A stretch of 64,000 bases of DNA, from positions 4,018-68,017 of IMG/VR virus record IMGVR_UViG_3300010376_000036; one strand, written 5' to 3'. The notes under the pieces were generated by a model, which did not search any database, was not told the DNA's origin, and saw only the letters and a list, made by a program, of their open reading frames with translations. Shown one piece after another: positions 9,573-18,614 of this stretch; within the stretch, counting starts at the first letter, position 1; the number at the start of each line of letters is the position of its first letter. A program made the translations under genes and the position numbers. Source of the DNA: a virus.

Positions 9573-11136
9573 GCTTTTTAGCCTCTAAAGCTTTCATCGT
9601 CCAATCCTGCGGGCTTACTTGGCGACCAGTGCGCGCCAAGCGAGCGAGCACAGGGATTTCCACCAACCTTTGGCCGCGCCTTTTGTAGATTTCGCGTTCG
9701 ATGGCCCGCGCGTGCCCCTGGCAGGTGACACTGGCCGGGTCGATGCCGGCTTGGACCAGGATGTTGCGGTCCATGGCGAGGACCGGCCGTTTCTCCCAGC
9801 CGTAGACCGGTTCGTAGCCCAGGAGCGAGTCCGCGTGGACGGCACTCGCAAAGAAGTCTGCCGATACGGTCTCGCGGCGAAACTGGGCGGCCGCCTCAAA
9901 GCGCCGCCGTACCACCTCCTCTCGTTCGGCCACCACTTGCTGGTTGACCGTGCGCAGGGAATAACTCTTCCCGGCACGTTGTTGGATGGCTTCGGCATCG
10001 GCTTGGTCGCGCGCGACAAGGTAAGCCGGAGTGCACAAATCATGATCGACGGTCTGCCACAAGGGATCGAGGATGTACGCACGTGGCTTGCTAGAGGCCG
10101 CAATTGCCCGTAGCCGGGCTTCTGTCGAGTCCAGGCCATCCAGTACCCCTGGCAGGGTCCGGGTCGATCTGCCGACGATCTGGGCGTACAGGACCTTGCT
10201 CCGGGTGGGCCGCAGGTTGAGCGTGGTGTCGCAACTCGGAAAATCCAGTCCGGTGTGCAGCAGGTTGGAGTTAGACAGCAGCGTGATTTTGCCGTCTCTG
10301 AAAGCGGCGATTTTCTGGTCGCGCTCCGGGTCTAAGCCGTCGATATGCACAGCGTGCAGACCTACACGCTGGCAGGCGGCAACGAACTTTTCACTGCTCG
10401 CGATCAGAGGCAGGAACGCAAGTATTCGGCGAGCTGAGTGCTTCTGAATAATTTCTCTCGCGATTTCTTCGAAATACGGCTCAATCGCGGAAGCCGACTC
10501 CACAGGATCATAATCGTAACCCGCGACGGTTTTCTTAACCCTGACATCGGCGAGACTAATGGCGGTGGACAACCGATCAACGTGATCGGGGTTAACCAGC
10601 CACCCGCTATCACATAGATTCCACAGGTCCGCGCGAAAGGACTCCGTCTCAAAAATATCGGTGAGCGATTTGTTGTCGGATCGGAATGGTGTTGCGGTAA
10701 GGCCCGCGATCTTGGCCGCGCTGAAATGGTTAAAGATCCGCCTCCAGCTATCGGCAGCGGCCATGTGTGCTTCGTCGGCCCAGATATGCGAAAAATGGTC
10801 CTTGGGAAAGCGATCCAGGCGCGCTTGGCGGCAGAGGGTCTGGACACTTCCAATGACAATGGGGCTGGTGAGCGGCGCTTTGTGATCGGCTTTCTCCAAC
10901 GCGGGTATAATCGCCGTCTGTTCTCTGAAAGCCTCAACCGGTTGGACACAAAGTTCATTTCTATTAGCGAGAAAAAGCACTCTGCCCCCGTTCTTGAGCA
11001 GATAAGAGGTTGTGCCCGCAGCGACCATGTTTTTCCCGCCGCCGGTAGCCAGACAACAGAGCTGGGTCCGGTTGGTGCCCCAGGTGCGCAAAATCGCGGC
11101 ACAAGCCTCCAGCTGGTAGGGACGCAGAGTCTTCAT
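9559..11136 (-). CDS. SF2 DEAD/DEAH-box helicase
   Basis: LRPYQ, ATGGGKN, DEAH, TATPFR and QIVGRSTR motifs. Confidence 0.92.
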   Translation of the reverse strand: MKTLRPYQLEACAAILRTWGTNRTQLCCLATGGGKNMVAAGTTSYLLKNGGRVLFLANRNELCVQPVEAFREQTAIIPALEKADHKAPLTSPIVIGSVQTLCRQARLDRFPKDHFSHIWADEAHMAAADSWRRIFNHFSAAKIAGLTATPFRSDNKSLTDIFETESFRADLWNLCDSGWLVNPDHVDRLSTAISLADVRVKKTVAGYDYDPVESASAIEPYFEEIAREIIQKHSARRILAFLPLIASSEKFVAACQRVGLHAVHIDGLDPERDQKIAAFRDGKITLLSNSNLLHTGLDFPSCDTTLNLRPTRSKVLYAQIVGRSTRTLPGVLDGLDSTEARLRAIAASSKPRAYILDPLWQTVDHDLCTPAYLVARDQADAEAIQQRAGKSYSLRTVNQQVVAEREEVVRRRFEAAAQFRRETVSADFFASAVHADSLLGYEPVYGWEKRPVLAMDRNILVQAGIDPASVTCQGHARAIEREIYKRRGQRLVEIPVLARLARTGRQVSPQDWTMKALEAKKHAFS

Positions 11137-11345
11137 TTAAAAATGTAGTGAATGACCAGGGAAATAATCAGCGTCAGGGCAGGCACGATAATCTGCAGAT
11201 GCATCGAATTGCGCAGGCTAAGCACCTGGGTTTTGATCTCGAGTATCTGTGTTTTCACATCGAGCATTTCGCGTTCGATGCGTTGCATCCGATCCACAAG
11301 CTCAATGCGCAGATCGATTAAATCGCGTTTGGTGGCGTTGTTCAT
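11133..11345 (-). CDS. CCDC90/DUF1640-like coiled-coil protein with C-terminal membrane anchor
   Basis: ATKRDL...heptads...C-terminal TM segment. Confidence 0.6.
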   Translation of the reverse strand: MNNATKRDLIDLRIELVDRMQRIEREMLDVKTQILEIKTQVLSLRNSMHLQIIVPALTLIISLVIHYIFK

Positions 11346-11447
11346 TTAGCGGTGGGTGAGAAGAAACCAGACAAGGAGCCAGAGGATGACAAAATAGACT
11401 ACCAGAGCGCCAACCATCCAGCGCGCAAAGCTGAACTCAGGCTTCAT
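11346..11447 (-). CDS. 33-aa membrane micropeptide
   Basis: MKPEFSFARWMVGALVVYFVILWLLVWFLLTHR. Fills the gap between flanking genes exactly. Confidence 0.6.
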   Translation of the reverse strand: MKPEFSFARWMVGALVVYFVILWLLVWFLLTHR

Positions 11448-11830
11448 TTGAGGAACAAGGTATTGCCGTGCTGGTGCTTTTCTTTGATCTCGACCGGCTG
11501 GAGGTTTTGAGCATCCTTCGGGGTCATGTAGAATTCCCAGCTAGCCGGGTAGGCAGAGTTGAAGCGCGCCACGGCTTTGCCTTCTGGTAAAGGGACGATG
11601 ATTTCAGGGCGCTCGCCACCGATCCAGTGAAGATCCTCGCGAGTGCCGGTCGTCAGATCGACCAGATAATGCCGGTCATGCTCTCCGTAGGCGTATTCGC
11701 CGACGCCAATTTCCTGGGGCTTGAGCCGCAGATCAGGGGTGACGGTGACGCGGAACTTCATTACGCGCCTGCGATAGAAACCGTGGAAGATAGCGGGTGT
11801 GTTTTTGCGGGTGACGGTCAGAGTCTGCAT
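11444..11830 (-). CDS. Hypothetical protein, probably from a leaderless mRNA
   Basis: The MQTLTVTRK start lies 6 nt after a -10 box. Confidence 0.6.
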   Translation of the reverse strand: MQTLTVTRKNTPAIFHGFYRRRVMKFRVTVTPDLRLKPQEIGVGEYAYGEHDRHYLVDLTTGTREDLHWIGGERPEIIVPLPEGKAVARFNSAYPASWEFYMTPKDAQNLQPVEIKEKHQHGNTLFLK

Positions 11831-11834
11831 AGCA

Positions 11835-11865
11835 GTACCATACGGTATTATTTGGTACCACTCAA
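11835..11865 (-). promoter_or_regulatory. Sigma70-like promoter TTGAGT-N17-TATGGT with (A)TACC-N4-GGTAC operator
   Basis: -35 at 11860-11865 and -10 at 11837-11842; same layout as three other sites. Confidence 0.7.
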
Positions 11866-12048
11866 GCGCTTTGTTGTTCTTTTCTTCTTTTTTTGTTCGG
11901 CGCGCACCCGGTCCCAGCGCGCTTGGGCAGCGGCCTGGGCGTTGTTCCGGGCTTTGGCTTTGCCGCCGGTCTTGCCCAGTAAGCTGGCCCCATTTTTCTG
12001 GATCCATTTATCTGAAAGCACGTGGTCACAATACGGACATCTGGCCAT
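11848..12048 (-). CDS. Small basic protein with CxxC motif
   Basis: MARCPYC...LGKTGGKAK...AAQARW. Confidence 0.6.
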   Translation of the reverse strand: MARCPYCDHVLSDKWIQKNGASLLGKTGGKAKARNNAQAAAQARWDRVRAEQKKKKRTTKRLSGTK

Positions 12049-12057
12049 AGACTTGTC

Positions 12058-12357
12058 TTATTCGTCATCAAAATTGATCGGTATTCCTGGTGCGGCGGGC
12101 GGATGATCGGCGGCTGCCAGCGCTGCAATGGAAATCGAAAAGCCTCTTCTGGCAAAATCCTTGTTGCCGACCTCCAACCCATTCTTTTTCCAAAACCGCA
12201 GCACCGCGTAATCTTGCACACTGACAATGACCTGCGATTGACGCCAGCCAATCACTTCGCCCGGATGTTTACGATCAGCCGGCGGCACAAGCACTTTGTC
12301 GTACCACGTCACCTCGATTTGCAGGCTTTTGCCGATCTCTAAAGCTGGGCTTTTCAT
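12058..12357 (-). CDS. Hypothetical protein
   Basis: 99-aa ORF. Confidence 0.55.
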   Translation of the reverse strand: MKSPALEIGKSLQIEVTWYDKVLVPPADRKHPGEVIGWRQSQVIVSVQDYAVLRFWKKNGLEVGNKDFARRGFSISIAALAAADHPPAAPGIPINFDDE

Positions 12358-12362
12358 CGGGT

Positions 12363-12420
12363 ATGCGCAACGGCGAAAACCTCCGATATCGGAGGGTTTT
12401 TGCTATCGTTGAGAGACTTA
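12363..12420 (-). repeat. 58-bp dispersed element, copy B
   Basis: TAAGTCTCTCAACGATAGCAAAAACCCTCCGATATCGGAGGTTTTCGCCGTTGCGCAT; 50/58 identical to 53046-53103. Confidence 0.9.
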
Positions 12421-13218
12421 CGACACAATTTCGACCACGATTCTGGCGTCCAGATGGCTGCCAACCAGTCGTCCACCGCGATTGCGGGCCATCAGAATCA
12501 ATTCATCGACCTCGGTGTCCCCATCGATGACTTTACTCATGTAGTTGAGGCTTTTTCGGACGGTCCAGCCTTGATCAATCACGTAGTGGGCCAGTTCCTT
12601 GACGACGTCGTCATCCTGGTCGGCCCACAGTTTGATGGCCGGCTCGGTTAACTTAGCTCGTTTAAACCTGATCGCCTCCGCGACGCCTTTACCGCAGAGG
12701 GCCTTGATCCGAGCCAGGGCTTCTTCGCCGGCTTCGGTCAAGTACAGCTCGTCCTCCTCATCCCCCATGTCGATCTCGATACCTTTGCCCTCTTCTGAGC
12801 TGGCCAGCTCCTGATTGACGGCATCGCGGACTCGTAATACAGAGACAGGTAACCCGTGCTTATCGCATTCCTCGGTAACGCGTTTCCAGACGGTGATTTG
12901 CTTGTGATCGACGAGTTTAGCCAGTTCTGCAGCTTGACTGGCGTTTTCGGGCAACCGGAGTTTTGCCCGTGCGACGTTCAAGAACGTGTGCTCGACTGCC
13001 ATCGCGGCTTTAACGTTGCGGCGTTCGAGGCTGAACGCCTCGTAAGCGCAGGGGAAAAATTGTTTCGCTTTTTGCTCGCCGAGCCCCCAGAGATCTTTTT
13101 CCCAGATGACGATCAGGCCAGCGCCGATGTCGCGGATGGATTGCGTTCCATTTAAGATCGCTTGCCGGATAATGCGTGAGATTCGCTCCAGTTCCTTATC
13201 GGCAGGCTCGATTTTCAT
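12418..13218 (-). CDS. Hypothetical protein, possibly DNA-binding
   Basis: 266-aa ORF. Confidence 0.65.
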   Translation of the reverse strand: MKIEPADKELERISRIIRQAILNGTQSIRDIGAGLIVIWEKDLWGLGEQKAKQFFPCAYEAFSLERRNVKAAMAVEHTFLNVARAKLRLPENASQAAELAKLVDHKQITVWKRVTEECDKHGLPVSVLRVRDAVNQELASSEEGKGIEIDMGDEEDELYLTEAGEEALARIKALCGKGVAEAIRFKRAKLTEPAIKLWADQDDDVVKELAHYVIDQGWTVRKSLNYMSKVIDGDTEVDELILMARNRGGRLVGSHLDARIVVEIVS

Positions 13219-13225
13219 TCAGGCG

Positions 13226-14392
13226 CTAGAATGGCCTGATTGCCTTGTGGTATGCAATAGCGCTTTGGAAATATTCGTATTCGGCTTGTTGGTCGGCACT
13301 TGCGTTAGCCATGTCGGCCTGGATTTTCGGGATCCATTGGGTTTCGATCTTGAGCAGGTCTTTAGGCTCTAGTTCCGAGATCTTTTTTCCTTGGAAGCGC
13401 GGATGGCTAATGGTGCGAATGACGTGATCCATCCAGGCGGGCCGCGCGGGCGGCGGAGGCGGTTGAGGCGTTGGGCGATCCAATGCGGTGGGCGCCTCGG
13501 TCATGTCCAGATCGTCCGGTTCGTCCGGTTTGTCCGGTTCGTCCGGGGCGAGCGCTTTTTTGACCTCCTGGGCGATCTCCTCGACTTTTACTTTGGAGAA
13601 CTGCTCCAGAGTTGTCTCCTTCGGGGTTTCAAAGTCCTCGGAGAGCTTTTCGGCGAATGCAGGTTGGGTGCGCGGCTCTTGGGCAGCGGGCTTGGTTTTA
13701 TCCTCGGGGAACGCCGGTTCTACTGCCTCTTGCGGTGTCGGAGCTTTACCGTGCGATTCGACAAATTTGACCCCTGCGGTCGCCTTAAGTTTGTAGTCAC
13801 GTTTCTGATTGTCTGCCACCTTTGCCTCATCAGCCATCCAGGGAGGACTTTCATCCTGGAAATCGTCCAATTCTTCAGTGGTATAGAGCCCTTTAAGTAC
13901 ATCGCTGAACATGTCGCGCAGGCCGAATCCCAGCGCGCGATAATAGGTCATGCGTTGCGGGTATTTGGGCCAGTTGTTCTGGTAGATCCCGGCTACCTTT
14001 GCTTCCTTAATTGAGAAACTGAAATCCTGCGGATCTTCTCCTTTGCGGTGCAAGGTGACTGTGCAGGTATAATCATCCTGGCCGATGGTGCCCGAATATT
14101 TCTTTTTTGGCGTACTGACCAACAACCCCATCCCGCGTACTTTGGCTACGCCCAAGTCGCCTCCGATACCCAGACGCCCGTTAACGACATTCATCCCCTG
14201 GACAGCTTGCAGTGGACGGATCCCGAGCTCCGCTGCAGTCGCCCAACAGATGATCAGTTTCTGGGGTGTTTCCATGCCGCGCGGTGCGAACCCGGACTGG
14301 ATAAAACACTCGGCAGCCCGGTACATGGAATCTAAATCGTGGAACACGAATCCCTTATCGGGATCAAATTGGACTAACGCTTTTTCGTTCAT
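13226..14392 (-). CDS. RecT-like single-strand annealing protein
   Basis: AELGIRPLQAVQGMNVVNGR...WPKYPQRMTYYRA...RDMFSDVLKGLYTTEELDD. Confidence 0.8.
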   Translation of the reverse strand: MNEKALVQFDPDKGFVFHDLDSMYRAAECFIQSGFAPRGMETPQKLIICWATAAELGIRPLQAVQGMNVVNGRLGIGGDLGVAKVRGMGLLVSTPKKKYSGTIGQDDYTCTVTLHRKGEDPQDFSFSIKEAKVAGIYQNNWPKYPQRMTYYRALGFGLRDMFSDVLKGLYTTEELDDFQDESPPWMADEAKVADNQKRDYKLKATAGVKFVESHGKAPTPQEAVEPAFPEDKTKPAAQEPRTQPAFAEKLSEDFETPKETTLEQFSKVKVEEIAQEVKKALAPDEPDKPDEPDDLDMTEAPTALDRPTPQPPPPPARPAWMDHVIRTISHPRFQGKKISELEPKDLLKIETQWIPKIQADMANASADQQAEYEYFQSAIAYHKAIRPF

Positions 14393-15144
14393 GATGCTTT
14401 GACACTGACTTTGGTTTCGCGCGTGATTCGGATTCCGGGCAGCTCCGGCATTTTGTCCGGAGCGATCTCTAACTGCGCCCGCACTGAATCCTGGCACGCC
14501 AAGAGGTCGAGCTCGAAGCGCAGGAGCCGTTTAGCGCCCGCTTTGACCACGGCCTCAGGGTCGATTAGCTGGAAGCGCCACGGATGCGTCACGCGACCGC
14601 CTGGGACCAGGGTTTGGGCTTCTCGTGCTTGGTTGTCAGCGACAAGCGTCTCATGCTTGACCTGGGCTTGGGCGAGTTGGAGTTGGGTACGCGCTTTTTC
14701 CTTCTCGCTCTTAGCCAGTTCAGCCGCGCGTTGGGCTTGGCGGATCTGGGTTTCGGCTTCAGCCTGGGCTTTTCGCGCCTCTTCGCGGCGTTTGGCTTCG
14801 GCGGCTTCGAGCGCCGCCACGTAACGGCTGGTCAGTGCCTGGATCCGGTCATGTTCAGCCTTGACCTGCAGGCCGACATCTTTGGCCAGCTGACCGATGC
14901 GGGTAACGATGGCACTGAAAGGCTGTTTAGCGCTTTTCTCGCCGGCGATGATTTCATTCAACATGCTTTTGAGCTGACCCATGGCGTCGCGCGCGGATTT
15001 AAAAGTCCGCTCATCCTTAACGATGCTGATCGTCGAGGTCGAGAGAATTAGGTCGTCAGCGCGGTCGCGATCCTGTGGATTGACCTCAATCCTGACGGTG
15101 CCGGAGGAGACAATGGTCTCCCCTACATAGGGTAATATTTGCAT
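14389..15144 (-). CDS. Coiled-coil protein of the recombination module
   Basis: Long coiled coil ending LPGIRITRETKVSV; coupled to the RecT-like gene. Confidence 0.6.
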   Translation of the reverse strand: MQILPYVGETIVSSGTVRIEVNPQDRDRADDLILSTSTISIVKDERTFKSARDAMGQLKSMLNEIIAGEKSAKQPFSAIVTRIGQLAKDVGLQVKAEHDRIQALTSRYVAALEAAEAKRREEARKAQAEAETQIRQAQRAAELAKSEKEKARTQLQLAQAQVKHETLVADNQAREAQTLVPGGRVTHPWRFQLIDPEAVVKAGAKRLLRFELDLLACQDSVRAQLEIAPDKMPELPGIRITRETKVSVKAS

Positions 15145-15155
15145 TCGTGGAGTGT

Positions 15156-15542
15156 CTAGTGGGTTGGCAGCGTCTCTTCCCGGAGCCGTTGGAAATTGCG
15201 CCAGTACCGCTGCGTGGCATCCTCGAGGTCCTGGGCTTGAATCAGCACGTCCTGTTGCATTAGGGGGAAAATTTCGTGCAGGGTGGCGCGGCTGTATTTG
15301 ACCGCGCGCAAAAGCATGTTGCGGACGGCACCGGCTTCGCGGGCTCGGAAAAACTCGCAGCCCAGGATTTTCTTCAGGCTGGTTCGATTGTAGCCGGTGG
15401 CCACAACCCGGATGGACCTCATCATCGGGCCGATGGCAGCTTCGAGTTCGGCAACTTCATCTGGCGAATGGCGGTAATGAATTACGCTCTCCATGTTGGT
15501 GGCAATCATAGCACAGGTGGATAAGTTTGGGTGGAAGTGCAA
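15156..15542 (-). CDS. Hypothetical protein
   Basis: ORF; start uncertain. Confidence 0.5.
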   Translation of the reverse strand: MHFHPNLSTCAMIATNMESVIHYRHSPDEVAELEAAIGPMMRSIRVVATGYNRTSLKKILGCEFFRAREAGAVRNMLLRAVKYSRATLHEIFPLMQQDVLIQAQDLEDATQRYWRNFQRLREETLPTH

Positions 15543-15632
15543 CTTTCCCCTGGAGAATAGCGTGTGAATAACTAGTGCGCAACGCCAAAGAAATGTGGAA
15601 TCTGACGCTAGGGAGAAAAAGCATCCAGCTAT

Positions 15633-16271
15633 TCAGTCTCTGCTGTGCCCGCTTCCATTACGGATCAAGAAATCAGCTTTGTGCTTTGTCGTATAACCAG
15701 GATTGTAAATGCCCTGCTGTTGTTCTTTGCGCCGTTGTTTTGTCAATTCGATTTTTCGGGCTGCACGTTGCGGCCAAGTTCTGCGTGATTTTTCTCTGGC
15801 GGCTTCTAATCTGGTCGATGGAGTCGGCGGTAATAAGGTACAAGGCTGCGGAGTTCCGATTCCCAGATCTAAATTTTTTAAAGCTCTTTTGCCCTTTGCT
15901 GAAATAATGTAGCGTTCGGCAATCGTTTCGCCTCGGTTATTGGTTGTTTCGACTAAAGCCACATTTCTCCAAATACGAACACGGCGCGCATGAGGCCATA
16001 CTCGTTTGATGCATCGGGCATAAGCGCAATTTTCGGGATCCCCAGGGGTGGCGTTCTCCACGTCTAGCTTCTGAGGAAACAGGCAAATCATTTCCGTCGC
16101 GTCGAAAACGGGGACGTTTTTCCAAAACGTATTCGTTAAGCGCAGACCTTTAATTTGTTCGTTTCGGCGGCTTTTTTCATTCATAATTGCATTAGGCTTG
16201 GCAAACTTTTCTTTCCACGCCTTATTGTTTATTGTGGCACAAAGTTTGACACGCTCGAGAAAGCCATGCAA
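15633..16271 (-). CDS. Hypothetical basic protein
   Basis: PGDPENCAYARCIKR motif. Start may be about 16184. Confidence 0.55.
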   Translation of the reverse strand: MHGFLERVKLCATINNKAWKEKFAKPNAIMNEKSRRNEQIKGLRLTNTFWKNVPVFDATEMICLFPQKLDVENATPGDPENCAYARCIKRVWPHARRVRIWRNVALVETTNNRGETIAERYIISAKGKRALKNLDLGIGTPQPCTLLPPTPSTRLEAAREKSRRTWPQRAARKIELTKQRRKEQQQGIYNPGYTTKHKADFLIRNGSGHSRD

Positions 16272-16279
16272 TTATTTTT

Positions 16280-16480
16280 ATGCACCAAGTAAAACAACCA
16301 TTAAGGACCGAACGTAGAAAACGAGGTCGGCCCCGCGAAAATCATGAGCGAGTGGTTGTGTATTTAAATCCGGAGTCGAGGCATTTCTTACGAACCGGTG
16401 CTGCTCAACGGAAAATCAGTCAAAGCGAATTTGTTGCACAAGCAATTGTCAGGGAAATCTCAAGACGATCTAAAGGTTGA
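16280..16480 (+). CDS. RHH/CopG-like regulator with AT-hook-like motif
   Basis: KRGRPR...VVVYLNPE...ISQSEFVAQAI. Confidence 0.65.
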   Translation: MHQVKQPLRTERRKRGRPRENHERVVVYLNPESRHFLRTGAAQRKISQSEFVAQAIVREISRRSKG

Positions 16481-16483
16481 ACC

Positions 16484-16768
16484 TTAGCTCAGGTATCCCA
16501 TTGCTCGTGCCCAGCGTGGATGGTCATGGATGCGACGATGGCAATGAAAGCAAACAGAGATGCAGTTCTCGAAGTCCAGTAATCGTACTCCGATGCGTCC
16601 ACGCTTGTGATGGCATTCAGTAGCGACATCGCCGCAGATCTGGCAGTGCAAATGTTCACGCAGGTATTCAAGGCGAGCTGCGCTGTATTTTCGCAGCTGG
16701 GTTTGCCGGACTTTTGAGGCTCGGCGCAAAGGCGATTTTTGTCGAAGGGCTTTGCGGCGCCGTAGCAT
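16484..16768 (-). CDS. Stand-alone HNH endonuclease
   Basis: CQICG...ECHHKRGR...NCISVCFHCHRRIH. Confidence 0.85.
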   Translation of the reverse strand: MLRRRKALRQKSPLRRASKVRQTQLRKYSAARLEYLREHLHCQICGDVATECHHKRGRIGVRLLDFENCISVCFHCHRRIHDHPRWARAMGYLS

Positions 16769-16945
16769 CGGTTAACTCTACGAAACGGGTGAGCAATCCG
16801 GAAGCGATTTGCGCGGTCAAATTGACGATCCTTTCAGGGGCATAGTGGATCTCTTCGGGCGTACCATAAGCCAAAACGTATTTGGTGATCTCCGGGGCCA
16901 GATCGCGCATCAAATCGCAGAGCAAAGCGGAACGTTCGTCGCTGT

Positions 16946-17323
16946 TCATACCAGGATAACGGGAGGTTTCGGCAAAGGTTCTTCTAAGGATTCCCAAAGA
17001 TGCAAGACGAATTCGTGGTCGTTGACGTAATCGGTTTTGGCCGGATGAAATTGGACGACCCAACTGTCGTCGGAAAAGAAGGCGTCTTTGACCCGGCACA
17101 TGATGGTCCAACTGGGGAGCACTTTTCTCTGAGCGTTGGAGATACTCGCGTGGCGCCAGCCCCACCCGTCACTGAGCCGGACGTACCAGATTTCGCCATC
17201 CAGCGGGACCAAAAAATTGCCGTTCCAACCATCGAGCTCCGAGCTGGCGTATTCGCCAGTTTTGATGCGCCAACGTTCAGCTCGGCGCAGTTTCTCGACG
17301 GTAGTCAAAAGCGCTCCTATCAC
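16946..17323 (-). CDS. Conserved phage protein
   Basis: GWRHASIS...LPSWTIMCRVKDAFF...VVQFHP...YVNDHEFVLHLW. The start overlaps the last array unit. Confidence 0.75.
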   Translation of the reverse strand: MIGALLTTVEKLRRAERWRIKTGEYASSELDGWNGNFLVPLDGEIWYVRLSDGWGWRHASISNAQRKVLPSWTIMCRVKDAFFSDDSWVVQFHPAKTDYVNDHEFVLHLWESLEEPLPKPPVILV

Positions 17324-18614
17324 TTGGGTTTCTCATGGGTTTAGGGCTCGCTCCGCATTATCTGGTTTTGCTCGCTGGACAGGGCTTCGCTCCTTTATCT
17401 AGGGTTTCTCAAACAGGATGGCTCGCTCCTTTTTCTTGGGGCTTCTTATAGATTTGGGCTCGCTGCTATGTATTGGGTTTCTGCTTTCCAAGTGGCTCGC
17501 TTCTGTTAGATGGATTTCTCCCACGACATGGCTCGCTCTTTTACCTTGGGGTTTCTGCTTTCCAAGTGGCTCGCTCTTTCGTACATGGTTGTCTCCGCTC
17601 GTTTGGCTCGCTCTGTGCAGTGTGGGATTTCTTTTCGATAAGGGCTCGCTTCTCGACGATGGGGTTTCTCCGTCATGGTGGCTCGCTCTCTCTGCATGGA
17701 TTTCTTATTACTTTTGGCTCGCTCGCTATGCCATGGATCGAGGTGATCTCTGACTTCTTGGCTCGCTCTGTGGTTAGGGGGTTTCTTCGCGCAGCTGGCT
17801 CGCTCACCCGACCAGGGGTTTCTGACTTGATTCTGGCTCGCTCATTCCGACTGGTGTTCACGGACTTTTGGGCTCGCTCGCGGAACAATGGTTTTCTCAT
17901 GTACTCTGGCTCGCTGCTACACGGTGGGTTTGCTCTCGGGCAGGGGCTCGCTCGCCATTTTTGGTTTTCTCTGATAAATTGGCTCGCTCCCGTCGTTTGG
18001 TTTACTCACGGAGTGGGGCTCGCTCCTGAATGGTGGGGTTTCTTCGACCGGCATGGCTCGCTCGGCCACACTTTGGGTTTCTGCTTTGCGATGGCTCGCT
18101 CTCCAACATTGGGGTTCTCTTATTTACGTAGCTCGCTCATGGAGGCTGGAATTTCTCGGCTGGTATGGCTCGCTCGCGTTGAATGGATTTTTCTTTGGGT
18201 TGGGCTCGCTTGTCGGAACTTGGTTTTTCTTTTGGGTCTTGGCTCGCTCATTCCCTGGAGGTTTTCTCATCGCCAATGGCTCGCTCTTCGCAGATGGGGC
18301 TTCAGAGTGGGGCGTGGCTTCGCTCATTCGCATTGGGCTTCTCTCTAGCGACGGCTCGCTCAACTCGGCCGGGGTTACGCACTAACTGTGGCTCGCTCCT
18401 CCGGCTTGGATTTCTCATGTATGATGGCTCGCTCATTTGCGGTGGGGTTTCTCGCGACCAAATGGCTCGCTCTTCACCTAGGGGTTTCTCTCCGTATCGG
18501 GGGCTCCGCTTCTACGCATGGGTTTTCTGACCAAATGTGGCTCGCTTCGGCAGCGTGGGTTTCTCCTTCGGAATGGCTCGCTTCTGGCTTTAGGGTTTCT
18601 TCCTTGTGATGGCT
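17312..18614 (-). ncRNA. TIGR-like tandem interspaced guide-RNA array, about 35 units
   Basis: Minus-strand unit AGCCA-N9-AGAAACCCA-N9-AGCG (36 nt ideal, mean about 37). 34 internal GGCTCGCT-type edge repeats alternate with GGGTTTCT-type loop repeats; spacers are almost all unique. Confidence 0.92.

Noticed and set aside
17312-18614. CRISPR array
   Set aside because: The repeats are two alternating motifs of about 9 nt with spacers of about 9 nt, not 23-47-nt repeats with 30-nt spacers. No cas genes are present.
17312-18614. Self-targets of the array spacers within this window
   Set aside because: I could not reliably search 35 bipartite 18-mers by eye. None was noticed, but this is untested rather than excluded.
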